Assembly (NCBI GenBank): GCA_964291395.2
Contig: OZ219856.1
Span: forward strand, 1,216,001-1,280,000
From: Alphaproteobacteria bacterium
Lineage (GTDB): Bacteria; Pseudomonadota; Alphaproteobacteria; UBA2966
Direction of reading: 5' to 3'
DNA: 64,000 bases
Part shown: positions 9,775 through 19,692 of the stretch, one piece after another
Numbering within the stretch: position 1 is the first letter of the stretch
Layout: each line of letters starts with the position of its first letter
Notes under the pieces: generated by a model
Told to the model about the DNA's origin: nothing
Database searches by the model: none
What the model saw: only the letters and a program-made list of their open reading frames with translations
Translations under genes and position numbers: made by a program

Positions 9775-11112
9775 CTATCGTCCCATGAACTCCTCCAGCC
9801 AGTGGATATTGTAGTCACCGGTGACGAAGTCATCGTCGTTCGTCAATTCCCGATGAAGCGGGATCGTCGTTTGGATGCCCCCGATGACGTATTCGTCGAG
9901 CGAGCGCTTCAGTCTCATCAGGCACTCCTGGCGGGTGACGCCATGCACGACGAGTTTGGCGATGAGGCTGTCGTAGTAGGGTGGCACGCAATATCCGGCA
10001 TATGCGCCGGAGTCCACGCGAACGCCGAGGCCGCCGGGAGGATGGTAGTCCGTGATCGTTCCCGGTGCAGGCGTGAAGTTCCAGGGATCTTCCGCATTGA
10101 TGCGGCATTCGATGGCGTGTCCGGCGAACCTGATGTCGTCCTGCCCGTATCCCAGGGTCTCGCCCGCCGCCACACGAATTTGCTCCTCGACGATGTCGAT
10201 GCCGGTGACCATCTCCGTGACCGGGTGTTCGACCTGCAGGCGCGTGTTCATCTCGATGAAATAGAACGCGCCACTCGAATAGAGGAACTCGACGGTACCG
10301 GCACCCCTGTACCCCAACGTCTGCATCGCGGACGTCACGCGCTGGCCGATCTCGTCCCGTTCTTCCGCCTGCAACCGTGGGGAAGGGGATTCCTCGAGGA
10401 TCTTCTGATGTCGCCGTTGCAATGAGCAATCGCGTTCGCCGAGGTGCACGACGTTGCCATGGGCGTCCGCCATGATCTGCACTTCAATATGCCGAGGCGC
10501 GGCCACGAACTTTTCGATGTAGACGGAATCGTCTCCAAAGGCGGCCCGGGCTTCGGCGCGCGCCGTTTGAAACGCCTGATCGAGGTCTGCGGACGTTTCG
10601 GCGGTCTTCATGCCACGCCCGCCGCCTCCGGCGGATGCCTTGATCAGCACGGGAAATCCGGTGTCCATCGCGACGGCGTGGGCGTCTTCGATCGTATCCA
10701 CCGTGCCGTCCGAACCGGGGACCACGGGAACGCCCAGCTTCTGCATCGTGGTTTTGGCCAGAACCTTGTCGCCCATGGCGCGGATGTGCTCGGACTTGGG
10801 GCCGATGAACGTGATCCCATGCTCTTCGACGATCGACGCAAAGCGTGCGTTCTCGGAGAGGAATCCGTACCCCGGGTGAATGGCGTCGGCACCCGCGACC
10901 TCGGCCGCCGATATGATGGCGGGAATGTTCAGATAGCTCTTGCTCGCTTCGGGCGGGCCGATGCAGACCGTCTCGTCAGCGAGACGGACGTGCATCGCCT
11001 CCGAGTCCGCGGTCGAATGCACGGCGACCGTGCTGATGCCCATCTCGCGGCAGGCACGGTGAATGCGGAGTGCGATTTCTCCACGATTCGCGATCAGGAC
11101 CTTGTCGAACAT
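9775..11112 (-). CDS. accC: Acetyl-CoA carboxylase biotin carboxylase
   Basis: [51 protein letters not shown]. Confidence 0.97.
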   Translation of the reverse strand: MFDKVLIANRGEIALRIHRACREMGISTVAVHSTADSEAMHVRLADETVCIGPPEASKSYLNIPAIISAAEVAGADAIHPGYGFLSENARFASIVEEHGITFIGPKSEHIRAMGDKVLAKTTMQKLGVPVVPGSDGTVDTIEDAHAVAMDTGFPVLIKASAGGGGRGMKTAETSADLDQAFQTARAEARAAFGDDSVYIEKFVAAPRHIEVQIMADAHGNVVHLGERDCSLQRRHQKILEESPSPRLQAEERDEIGQRVTSAMQTLGYRGAGTVEFLYSSGAFYFIEMNTRLQVEHPVTEMVTGIDIVEEQIRVAAGETLGYGQDDIRFAGHAIECRINAEDPWNFTPAPGTITDYHPPGGLGVRVDSGAYAGYCVPPYYDSLIAKLVVHGVTRQECLMRLKRSLDEYVIGGIQTTIPLHRELTNDDDFVTGDYNIHWLEEFMGR

Positions 11113-11130
11113 CTTCGATGGGTCCGGTCG

Positions 11131-11577
11131 CTACTCGATGATCATCAGGACTTCGCCATATTCGACGGGCACGCCGTCGGAAACGAAAATCTGCCGGATG
11201 GTTCCGCTCCTGGGCGCAGGGATCGGATTCATCGTCTTCATGGCTTCGACGATCAGGACCGTCTGGCCCTCCGAAATCTGGGAGCCTACCTGAACGAACG
11301 GAGCGGCGCCCGGTTCGGATGCCACGTAGGCGGTGCCCACCATGGGGGACAGAACCGCGCCCGGATGGCTCGTGCGATCCGACGTCGGGGGCGTGACCTC
11401 GGCCGGAGCCGCCGCGGGCGCGGCGGCGACCGCGCCTGCGACCACGGGGCCCGACTGCCGCGCCACGCGGACCGTCCGCTCTCCGTGAGTCCATTCGATC
11501 TCCGTCAATCCCGTCTCGTCCAGGAGTCCCGCCAGCTCCCGTATCAGGTCTTTGTCGAGATCTGAACTCGCGACCAT
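11131..11577 (-). CDS. accB: Biotin carboxyl carrier protein
   Basis: SPMVGT, biotinylation site EAMKTMN, Ala/Pro linker. Confidence 0.95.
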   Translation of the reverse strand: MVASSDLDKDLIRELAGLLDETGLTEIEWTHGERTVRVARQSGPVVAGAVAAAPAAAPAEVTPPTSDRTSHPGAVLSPMVGTAYVASEPGAAPFVQVGSQISEGQTVLIVEAMKTMNPIPAPRSGTIRQIFVSDGVPVEYGEVLMIIE

Positions 11578-11587
11578 CAGGTAGCTG

Positions 11588-12049
11588 CTACGTCGAACCG
11601 TGCGACGTCGACGCGGCCAGAATCGAGGACATGGCTTCCAGGGCGAGCGGGTACCCCTGCGGGCCAAATCCCGTGATCAGGCCCGCGGCGACCGGAGAGA
11701 TGTAGGAATGGTGCCGGAACGCCTCGCGCTTGAACAGGTTCGAAAGATGTACTTCGACGACGGGCAGCTCGGTGGCCACGAGAGCGTCCAGGATGGCGAC
11801 GGAAGTATGCGTATAGGCCCCGGCATTGATGACGATCCCGTCCGCCGACTCCCTGGCTTCCTGGATCCAGTCGACCAGCTCGCCCTCAGAGTTGCTCTGC
11901 CGGAAGTCGATCTCGAGACCGAGTTCGGCGGCCCGCGCCTGGGTGAGGCTCTTGAGGTCGTCGAGGGTATCGCTCCCGTAAATGTGCGGTTCGCGAGTTC
12001 CCAGCAAATTCAGGTTCGGTCCATTCAGGACGAATATCTTTGCTCTCAT
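11588..12049 (-). CDS. aroQ: Type II 3-dehydroquinate dehydratase
   Basis: [32 protein letters not shown]. Confidence 0.96.
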   Translation of the reverse strand: MRAKIFVLNGPNLNLLGTREPHIYGSDTLDDLKSLTQARAAELGLEIDFRQSNSEGELVDWIQEARESADGIVINAGAYTHTSVAILDALVATELPVVEVHLSNLFKREAFRHHSYISPVAAGLITGFGPQGYPLALEAMSSILAASTSHGST

Positions 12050-12293
12050 GGCACTCATCGAACTGCCGAGGGAAAACGCTGAGCCGCACGGTTATAGCAC
12101 GGGCGACCATCCGCGCAATGACGCCCCGAACGGGTCGGCCCGATCGCTCCGGTCGACTTTCCCCGTGGCCCGGACCAGACCGATACGGGCGCGGACTTCG
12201 AAGCAAGGGCGTCGGCGCGCGTGCAGGTTGAAAGCGCCATTGAGTGAACCCATACTTGCTTCAGTTCCGTAGCCGTAGAGGAATGGGGGCGCG

Positions 12294-13292
12294 ATGCTTT
12301 TGACCGTAAACGGCGAGGAGCGAGAGTTCGACCGCTCCTTGACCGTCTCGCAGTTTCTCACCGAGCTCGGGGTCGATCCCCGAAAGGTCGCGCTCGAGCG
12401 GAACCTCGAGATCGTGCCCCGCTCTGCTTACGAAGTCACCGAGCTCAGCGACGGTGACCGCCTGGAGGTCGTCCACTTCATCGGCGGCGGAAGCGTGGCC
12501 GCGGAGACGTCGCCGTCCGGCGGCGAGGACGTGTTCACCGTCGCCGGTCGTGAATTCCGTTCGCGCCTGATCGTGGGTACCGGCAAGTACGAGGATTTCG
12601 AGGAGACGCGACGGGCCATCGAGGCGTCCGGCGCCGAAATCGTCACGGTGGCCGTTCGCCGGGTCAACGTGACGAATCCCGACCAGGAGATGCTGATCGA
12701 TTTCGTCGATCCCAAGAAGTACACGTACCTTCCCAACACGTCCGGGTGCTACACGGCGGAAGAGGCGCTTCGGACCTTGCGTCTCGCGCGCGAGGCGGGT
12801 GGTTGGAACCTCGTGAAGCTGGAGGTATTCGGCGAGGACAAGACTCTCTATCCCGACATGATCGAAACCCTCAAGGGAACGGAACTCCTCGTCCGGGAGG
12901 GATTCGACGTCATGGTTTACTGTTCGGACGATCCGCTCTATGCGAGGCGTCTCGAGGACGCCGGAGCCGCCGCCATCATGCCGCTGGGGGCGCCCATCGG
13001 ATCCGGACTGGGATTGCAGAACCCCGTCAATATCCGTTTGATCGTCGAGCAGGCGGACGTGCCCGTGCTGGTCGATGCGGGTGTGGGAACGGCGTCGGAC
13101 GCGACGTTCGCGATGGAGCTCGGCTGCGACGGGGTCCTGATGAACACGGCCATCGCCCACGCCGACGATCCGATCGCCATGGCGCGCGCCATGAAGCTTG
13201 CGGTGGAGTCCGGTCGTCTCGCTCATCTGGCCGGGCGCATGCCCAAGAAGATGGTTGCCGATCCCTCGTCTCCGTCGGGCGGCCTCATTTGA
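12294..13292 (+). CDS. thiG: Fused sulfur carrier ThiS / thiazole synthase ThiG
   Basis: N-terminal ThiS ends EVVHFIGGG, then a linker, then ThiG ([30 protein letters not shown]). Confidence 0.93.
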   Translation: MLLTVNGEEREFDRSLTVSQFLTELGVDPRKVALERNLEIVPRSAYEVTELSDGDRLEVVHFIGGGSVAAETSPSGGEDVFTVAGREFRSRLIVGTGKYEDFEETRRAIEASGAEIVTVAVRRVNVTNPDQEMLIDFVDPKKYTYLPNTSGCYTAEEALRTLRLAREAGGWNLVKLEVFGEDKTLYPDMIETLKGTELLVREGFDVMVYCSDDPLYARRLEDAGAAAIMPLGAPIGSGLGLQNPVNIRLIVEQADVPVLVDAGVGTASDATFAMELGCDGVLMNTAIAHADDPIAMARAMKLAVESGRLAHLAGRMPKKMVADPSSPSGGLI

Positions 13293-13310
13293 GGCAACCC
13301 AAGAGCCGCC

Positions 13311-14099
13311 GTGCCCGATGACGTCGCGTCAGTGCCCGCGCGGCCGCGCCGGTTTGGTTGGTGGGCAGTGACTCTCTGGATCGTCCTTGGGCTGTTCGTC
13401 GCGCCGATTTTGATCTCGGCCGCGCACCTCTCCCTCAAGGAGCATCCGCATTGGAGCAGGGCGAGTCACGTGTCGACCGGGCAGGCGCCCGACCCGGCCA
13501 CGACGCCGGAACCCGTGGTGCAGGTCTACGCCGCGCGGACCTGGGGCCTTCGCGGCTCGGTCGCCGTGCATACCTGGATCTCCAGCAAGCGTGCGAACGC
13601 CGATCATTACGTTCGCCACGAGATCATTGGCTGGCATCTGTACCGCGGTGGGACGGCGCTGGTCCGGGGGCCTGGCCGTCCCGACGCGATGTGGTTTTCC
13701 AATTACCCTGAACTGCTCGTCTATCTGCGCGGCGAGGATGTGGAAGACATCATCGACAAGGTCGAAGCGGCGGCTGCGGCTTATCCCTACGCGGCGACCT
13801 ATCGGACCTGGCCGGGTCCCAACAGCAACACGTTCACCGCTTTCGTCGGCCGCCAGGTGCCGGAGCTCGGGATCGATCTGCCGCCGACGGCCGTCGGCAA
13901 GGACTATCTGACGAACGGAGCCGTCATCGGACCGTCCCCCAGCGGGACGGGATACCAGGTTTCGCTTTGGGGGCTCGTGGGCGCCATGGCTGCGCTGAAG
14001 GAAGGAATCGAACTGAACCTTCTCGGGCTGGTCGTGGGGATCGATTTTCAGCCCTTCGCGCTCAAGTTGCCGGGTCTCGGGCGGCTCGGTCTGAAGTAG
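13311..14099 (+). CDS. DUF3750 family membrane-anchored protein
   Basis: VQVYAARTWG, AVHTWI, YRTWPGPNSNTF, LPPTAVGKDY. Confidence 0.8.
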   Translation: MPDDVASVPARPRRFGWWAVTLWIVLGLFVAPILISAAHLSLKEHPHWSRASHVSTGQAPDPATTPEPVVQVYAARTWGLRGSVAVHTWISSKRANADHYVRHEIIGWHLYRGGTALVRGPGRPDAMWFSNYPELLVYLRGEDVEDIIDKVEAAAAAYPYAATYRTWPGPNSNTFTAFVGRQVPELGIDLPPTAVGKDYLTNGAVIGPSPSGTGYQVSLWGLVGAMAALKEGIELNLLGLVVGIDFQPFALKLPGLGRLGLK

Positions 14100-14186
14100 G
14101 GCGGGGCCGCGGGTGTCCCGCGCGCCCGAACTCGTCCGGATCGGACCTCGGGTCCGACCGCATGTCGCGGTCGAACCGGAGCCGCT

Positions 14187-14312
14187 TCAGTCACGCGTCG
14201 CGCCCATCTCTTCGATGCGTCGTTGAAGTGCCAGGCGGTCGAGCGATTCGAAGGGGAGGTTCACGAAAATGGAAATCCGATTGTAGATGCGGCCATAGAC
14301 ATCGGCGAACAT
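14187..14312 (-). CDS. Putative 41-aa small protein (below the ORF-track cutoff)
   Basis: MFADVYGRIYNRISIFVNLPFESLDRLALQRRIEEMGATRD*. Mostly G/C-ending codons, AAGG just upstream, AT-rich upstream region. Confidence 0.45.
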   Translation of the reverse strand: MFADVYGRIYNRISIFVNLPFESLDRLALQRRIEEMGATRD

Positions 14313-14557
14313 CGCCTTGGGCCGAGTTCCGCATGGAAAGAAATAGTACGTTGCGGACAAAGTGGTTGAGATTTGATTACGCTTCCGCCATCGAATCCGA
14401 TCCTTGCCGCCTGGAATCCTCTCGGTGCGGCGAAGCTGGGATCGGGTTGTTTCGATTACGTGTCCGTTTTGTGTCGTCTCCGGTTCGGCCGAAAAACGTA
14501 GTTCCGTGCGGGTTTTGCGGTCACCGATGGCAGACGGGCGAGGCTCGGACGCGGTTC

Positions 14558-15331
14558 CTAGCAGGTGAGGCAGCTCTCGCGCGCTTCTTCGATAAGCGCC
14601 GCCAGCTGTTCGCCGTTGACATACCCCGGAATCACCCGATCGCCGATCACGAACGCGGGGGTGCCCCGGATGCCGAGGGCCTCGGCCTGCTCGTGGTTGC
14701 GGGAGATGATGGCCTCGATCTCCGGGGAGGACATATCGCGTTTGAGCCGGTCGGGATCGAGTCCGACGTCGTTCGCGATATCAAGGACCCGGCGCTCCGA
14801 GAATGTCCCCCGCGACTCCATCAGCGCGTTGTGGAACGGCATGTAGAGGTCCCTGTTCTGCATGCGGGCGGCGAGCGCCGCGCGCGAGGCCCTGACGGAA
14901 TCGGGACCGAGGATGGGGTATTCCTTGAACACGATGCGAACGTTCGTGTCCCTGCGCAAGAGTTCGACGAGGTTGGGAAGGAACCGCTTGCAGTACGTGC
15001 ACCGGTAGTCGAAGAACTCCACTACGGCAACGTCTCCATCCGGATTGCCGCCGACGTGCGAACCGGGGTCGCGCTCCAGGCTCGGGCGAAGGTCGGTCAG
15101 GGCTTGGCGCTGCTTTTCCCGGTTTGCCGCTTGCTCGCGCGCGTTCTTGCGCTGGACACTCTCCAGAATGACTTCCGGATTGTTGATGATGTAATCGCGA
15201 ATCATCCGCTCGATGGCGCGGCGCTCCGGATCCGTGAACGAAGCCTGGGCCTGGGAAGGAGCAATCCAGTGACCCGAGCCGACGATCATTGAAAGGATCA
15301 CGGTGCCCTGAAGAGCCGTACGCAGTTTCAT
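14558..15331 (-). CDS. DsbA/Com1-like thioredoxin-fold oxidoreductase
   Basis: EFFDYRCTYCKR, KEYPILG, GIRGTPAFVIG; N-terminal signal peptide. Confidence 0.92.
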   Translation of the reverse strand: MKLRTALQGTVILSMIVGSGHWIAPSQAQASFTDPERRAIERMIRDYIINNPEVILESVQRKNAREQAANREKQRQALTDLRPSLERDPGSHVGGNPDGDVAVVEFFDYRCTYCKRFLPNLVELLRRDTNVRIVFKEYPILGPDSVRASRAALAARMQNRDLYMPFHNALMESRGTFSERRVLDIANDVGLDPDRLKRDMSSPEIEAIISRNHEQAEALGIRGTPAFVIGDRVIPGYVNGEQLAALIEEARESCLTC

Positions 15332-15538
15332 CGGGCGGCTGGTCCTGCCAAGTCTCGGTCGCGGGCCCGTGTTCCGCACGGGGCGTCACGACGCTCGGTC
15401 ACGTTCGTCTCGCGCGCATTAAGAGCATAAGAGCGGGCGCACAGGTAGAGGGAACCGGGCCGTTCACCAAGAATTGACAATGTTTCCGTGCATCGTTGGG
15501 ACGAGCCGGACGGGCCGTTTCGATCCACCCCGCGTCGG

Positions 15539-16921
15539 CTATTTCCTCCTTTTGGCGGCCGTGTTCGCGGCATCCTTGAGGTCCTGGGACCTCAGGTGGG
15601 CGGGAGTTCCTTTCGGAAGCAGTTGTTCCGCCTTGGTGGCGAAGCGCATGGCGTCCCGAGGCCGTCCGATCAACAGGTTGTACTCGGCGCTGGCCAGAGA
15701 GGAGAGTCCGATGTCGCCGTTTCGTCCGTGCGCGATCGCAAGCTGCCGCCACGCCAGGGAGACTTGTCGGTCGCGTCGCGTGGCTTCCTCCAGGTGCTTG
15801 ATAGCAGCCGGCAAGAGACTCGCCTCGTTCGCCTCGATCTGGGCCTGGGCGAGGCCGATCCTGAGAAGCGGTGCCTCGGGCAACAGGTTCACGGCGGCTT
15901 GATACGGGGCGACCGCTTCTCTCACCTTGCCGCTCTCGAACAGGATCTGCCCCTTCAATTCATTGAAGAACGGATCGTCCGGGTTCCGGGCGATCAGACT
16001 GTCTGCCTCCGCAAGCGCCTTTTCCAATAGGCCCTGACGATGATAGGCGGCGGCGCGAGCGTAGCGCGCCGGGATGGATTGGTCCGACTCGGGATACCGT
16101 CTGAGTGCTTTCTGCGGCGACCCGAGAAATCCATGGATCTTTGCCTGCATGCGCTGAAGCGTCCGCGCGGACGCGGGATCGGGAGCGCGGGGAGGGGCGG
16201 GGAAACGGGCAATCTGGTCCTTCAGAAAGCGAAGGCGGTCCCGTGTCAGCGGGTGGCTCCGCACGTAGGGGTCTTGTCGCGACGTGGCCAGGGCTTCCTG
16301 GTCCTTGATACGGTCGAGGAACGTGTAAAGGCCCTGTGAGCTCTGTCCGGCCGCGGCCAGAATCTTGACTGCGGCTTGATCCGCCGACGCTTCCTGAGAA
16401 CGGCTGTAGCTGAGGAACGAGCGCTCCGCGACCTGCTGCCCGCCCGCGATGATGGCGCTCCCCGCCTGGCCCTGACCTCCGAGGATTGCCGCCGCTCCGA
16501 GCGCCATGGCCAGGATACTGGTTGCGGAGGCGTTGCGAATCGCATCGTGGGTTCTGGCGAGATGTCCGCCGGATATGTGTCCCGTCTCGTGTGCGATGAC
16601 TCCCGCGATTTCGTTGATGTCCTCGACCATGAGGAGCAGACCGGTGTTGATGAATATCCTCTGCCCCCCGGCGACGAAGGCGTTGAGGGTGCGGTCGTTG
16701 ACGATGTGGACCTGCACCGCGCGTGCATCGAGCCCCGCCGCCGAGAAGAGTGGCGCGGCGATTTGGTGGATGATATGTTCGGTTTCCGCATCGCGGATGA
16801 GCGATATTCCCCTGGCACTGGCAGGATCGGCAGCGCCGAACGCAAGCGCGCAAACGGCCGTCCCGCACAAGGCCGTCAGACACGTCCGGGTGATGAGGTT
16901 CGGCAAATTGCTGGTTCCCAT
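15539..16921 (-). CDS. M48 family metalloprotease with TPR repeats (BepA-like); start uncertain
   Basis: LIRDAE, NAFVAGG, HETGH zinc motif, EASAD, SHP. Confidence 0.9.
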   Translation of the reverse strand: MGTSNLPNLITRTCLTALCGTAVCALAFGAADPASARGISLIRDAETEHIIHQIAAPLFSAAGLDARAVQVHIVNDRTLNAFVAGGQRIFINTGLLLMVEDINEIAGVIAHETGHISGGHLARTHDAIRNASATSILAMALGAAAILGGQGQAGSAIIAGGQQVAERSFLSYSRSQEASADQAAVKILAAAGQSSQGLYTFLDRIKDQEALATSRQDPYVRSHPLTRDRLRFLKDQIARFPAPPRAPDPASARTLQRMQAKIHGFLGSPQKALRRYPESDQSIPARYARAAAYHRQGLLEKALAEADSLIARNPDDPFFNELKGQILFESGKVREAVAPYQAAVNLLPEAPLLRIGLAQAQIEANEASLLPAAIKHLEEATRRDRQVSLAWRQLAIAHGRNGDIGLSSLASAEYNLLIGRPRDAMRFATKAEQLLPKGTPAHLRSQDLKDAANTAAKRRK

Positions 16922-18521
16922 CTTCGAATCGAAAGGTAGGTGGGGGCCCGCATGCCGTCAATCGGCATGGGCGCTGACGTGCGTCGCGGTCCTCTCCGCG
17001 TGTGACGTGGCGCCCAAATCACGGGTCATCGAACCGGGCCAGGCCATCGAAGGGTTCGTCGGCGGCGTCAGCGCCGACGAACCGCGGGCCGCCGTCGAAG
17101 CCCAAGAGATTCTGGGAAGCGGAGGCACGGCCGTCGACGCGGCGGTCGCGCTTACGTTTGCGCTGTCGGTCACCTACCCGATCGCAGCCGGCCTTGGCGG
17201 TGGCGGCGCGTGCCTCGTTTACGACGCGCCCACGGGAAAGGTGGAGGCGGTCGACTTTCTGCCGCGCGCGCCGGTCGGCGGCGGCGTCATCGCCATTCCC
17301 GGCACCGTGCGTGGAATGGCGGCGTTGCATGACCGCTATGGCCGTCTGCCGTGGGGCGAACTGGTTGCGCCCGCCGAGGCCTTGGCGCGGCGCGGTCATC
17401 CGGTGTCCCGGGCCCTGGCGCGTCGGCTCGAAGGCGCTCGCGACACGGTACTCGGAAACGCCGGCCTCGGAGCGACGTTCGGCGCGGACAATGACCGCGG
17501 AGTCGTCCGGGAGGGGGACCAGCTAACTCAGATCGCGTTGTCGGCCGTGTTGGCGCAAATTCGCCTGCGCGGTCCAGGGGAGTTCTACGCCGGCCAGGCG
17601 GGTGTGAATTTGATCGACGGCGCCCGAGAGAACGGCGGCGCGTTGACCCTCGCCGACATGCGCTCAAGCCTTTCGACTTGGCGCGATTCGGTGTCCTTGC
17701 GCGTTGGCCGGTTGACCGTTCATGCCACGCCCGCGCCCCTCGTGGGCGGCGTGATCGCCGGGCAGATCTGGGCGATGACGTTGGACGAAAACAGGCTCCG
17801 AAGCGCCGACCTCGACGAGCGGCCTCACCTGTTTGCGGAGGCGTCGTCGCGGGCCTACCTGGATCGCCGCAACGCCGCGGCGCGCCCGCTGTCCGGTTTT
17901 CGCGCTCATGCGCTGATGCGGAACTACCGTTCCGACCGGCACACGCCGCTCGTCGTTGAAGGCGTGCCTCCCGTCGATGTCGACAGGTTGGACAGGGGAA
18001 CCACGAGCTTCGTGGTAGGTGACCGTGAAGGTTCGGCGGTGGCGTGCTCGCTTACCATGGGGCGGGAACTCGGAGCCGGAAGACTAGATCCGGTAACCGG
18101 AATCGTGCTGGTTCCGCCTCTCACCGAGGACGATCTGGCTTTTCTCGCCACCATGATCGTCGTGGACGAGGATTTGTCGGAGACGGTTCTCGCGATCTCG
18201 GCCTCCGGCCACGCCGCGGGACCGGCGGCGATCGCTCAGGCGCTGATCGGCCTCTCCGCTGAGGATCTGCATGTTCGCCGGCAGTTGAATCGACCGCGAA
18301 TCCTTCTCTCGGGGCAGCCCGATGCGGCCGTGGTTGAGCCCGGTATCGGCGAGAAGGTCGCGGGCGCACTGACCAGGAGGGGCCATACGCTCAAGGAGGT
18401 ACCCTTCCTGGGGCGGGTCAACGCGATCCACTGCCGGGATGGTCTGTCCAGCGGTCAGGAGACGTGCGAGTTCATGAATGATCGGCGCGGCTTCGGTCTG
18501 GCATTGGGCGAAGGGTTTTAG
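16893..18521 (+). CDS. Gamma-glutamyltransferase-like lipoprotein; start uncertain
   Basis: GGTAVDAAVA, AGLGGG, IAIPGTVRG, nucleophile region GTTSFVVGD, lipobox-like LSAC. Confidence 0.82.
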   Translation: MRFGKLLVPIFESKGRWGPACRQSAWALTCVAVLSACDVAPKSRVIEPGQAIEGFVGGVSADEPRAAVEAQEILGSGGTAVDAAVALTFALSVTYPIAAGLGGGGACLVYDAPTGKVEAVDFLPRAPVGGGVIAIPGTVRGMAALHDRYGRLPWGELVAPAEALARRGHPVSRALARRLEGARDTVLGNAGLGATFGADNDRGVVREGDQLTQIALSAVLAQIRLRGPGEFYAGQAGVNLIDGARENGGALTLADMRSSLSTWRDSVSLRVGRLTVHATPAPLVGGVIAGQIWAMTLDENRLRSADLDERPHLFAEASSRAYLDRRNAAARPLSGFRAHALMRNYRSDRHTPLVVEGVPPVDVDRLDRGTTSFVVGDREGSAVACSLTMGRELGAGRLDPVTGIVLVPPLTEDDLAFLATMIVVDEDLSETVLAISASGHAAGPAAIAQALIGLSAEDLHVRRQLNRPRILLSGQPDAAVVEPGIGEKVAGALTRRGHTLKEVPFLGRVNAIHCRDGLSSGQETCEFMNDRRGFGLALGEGF

Positions 18522-18531
18522 GGTGGGCGGC

Positions 18532-19677
18532 ATGAAGATCGCGAACCGGGGCGCCGAGATTGCACCCTTCTACGCCATGGAAGTGCTGAAGGCGGCAAAC
18601 GACCGCGAGGCGGCCGGCGACGACGTGTTGCACATGGAGGTCGGGGAGCCGGGCGGCGGTTCTCCGCGCCTGGTCCTCGAGGCGGCAGAGAAGGCCCTGC
18701 GGTCCTCGCGGATCGGATATACGGAAGCGCTTGGAGTCCGCCCTCTGCGTGAGCGCATAGCCCGATACTATGAGGAGGTTCACGATACCGTCGTGGACCC
18801 CTCCCAGATCGCGATTACCACGGGGTCGTCGGGCGCGTTCGTGCTGGCATTCCTGGCCGCGTTCGATCCCGGAGATCGGGTGCTCCTGACGACACCGGGC
18901 TATCCCGCCTATCCGAACATCCTGAAATCGGTCGGTGTCGCGCCGGTGATTCTGGAAACGGGACCGGAGACCCGGTTTCAGCCGACCCCCCGACTGATTG
19001 CCGCTGCGGGTCCCGCGCCCGACGGGTTGCTGGTGGCGAGTCCCGCCAATCCGACCGGCACGATGCTCGATCGAGAAGCCATGTCGGGGCTTGCCGACCA
19101 TTGCGCCGAAAACGGTATCCGCCTGATATCCGACGAGGTCTATCACGGCATCACGTATGGGAAGCCCGCGGTGAGCGCGCTGGAGTTCAGCGAATCCGCG
19201 ATCGTCGTCAACAGCTTCTCCAAGTACTATTCCATGACGGGCTGGCGCGTGGGTTGGATGGTCGTACCGCGGGAATTGGTGCGTTCGGTGGAAATGCTGG
19301 GCCAAAGCATCGCCATTTCGGCCCCCGCCCTTTCGCAATATGCGGCGTTGGCGGCGTTCGACGCCGGCGCTGAACTCGATGCCAAAGTCGCGGGCTATGC
19401 CCGTAGTCGAGAGCTCCTGCTCAGGGAGCTGCCGCTCGCCGGATTCGATAAGCTGGCGCCGGCTGACGGCGCCTTCTACGTCTTCGCGGACGTCACCAGG
19501 CTGACCAACGACAGCATGGACTTCTGCCGCAGGATGTTGGCGGAAATCGGCGTGGCGACGACCCCCGGAATCGACTTCGATCCGGACCGCGGTCACGCCT
19601 TTGTCCGCTTTTCCTTTGCGGGCGATTACGATGACGTGGCGGAGGCGGCACGCCGTATCAAGAAATGGCTGAGCTGA
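18532..19677 (+). CDS. Class I/II PLP-dependent aminotransferase
   Basis: SPANPTG, SDEVYHG, NSFSKYYSMTGWRVG. Confidence 0.93.
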   Translation: MKIANRGAEIAPFYAMEVLKAANDREAAGDDVLHMEVGEPGGGSPRLVLEAAEKALRSSRIGYTEALGVRPLRERIARYYEEVHDTVVDPSQIAITTGSSGAFVLAFLAAFDPGDRVLLTTPGYPAYPNILKSVGVAPVILETGPETRFQPTPRLIAAAGPAPDGLLVASPANPTGTMLDREAMSGLADHCAENGIRLISDEVYHGITYGKPAVSALEFSESAIVVNSFSKYYSMTGWRVGWMVVPRELVRSVEMLGQSIAISAPALSQYAALAAFDAGAELDAKVAGYARSRELLLRELPLAGFDKLAPADGAFYVFADVTRLTNDSMDFCRRMLAEIGVATTPGIDFDPDRGHAFVRFSFAGDYDDVAEAARRIKKWLS

Positions 19678-19692
19678 GGCGGGCTGCCGGAA

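Noticed and set aside
14253-14286. GGAGG followed by the mini-ORF MEIRL* on the plus strand
   Set aside because: It lies antisense within the better-supported 41-aa ORF and is likely chance.
13967-15292. 441-aa plus-strand ORF
   Set aside because: Mostly antisense to dsbA and low-complexity Arg-rich; no family signal.
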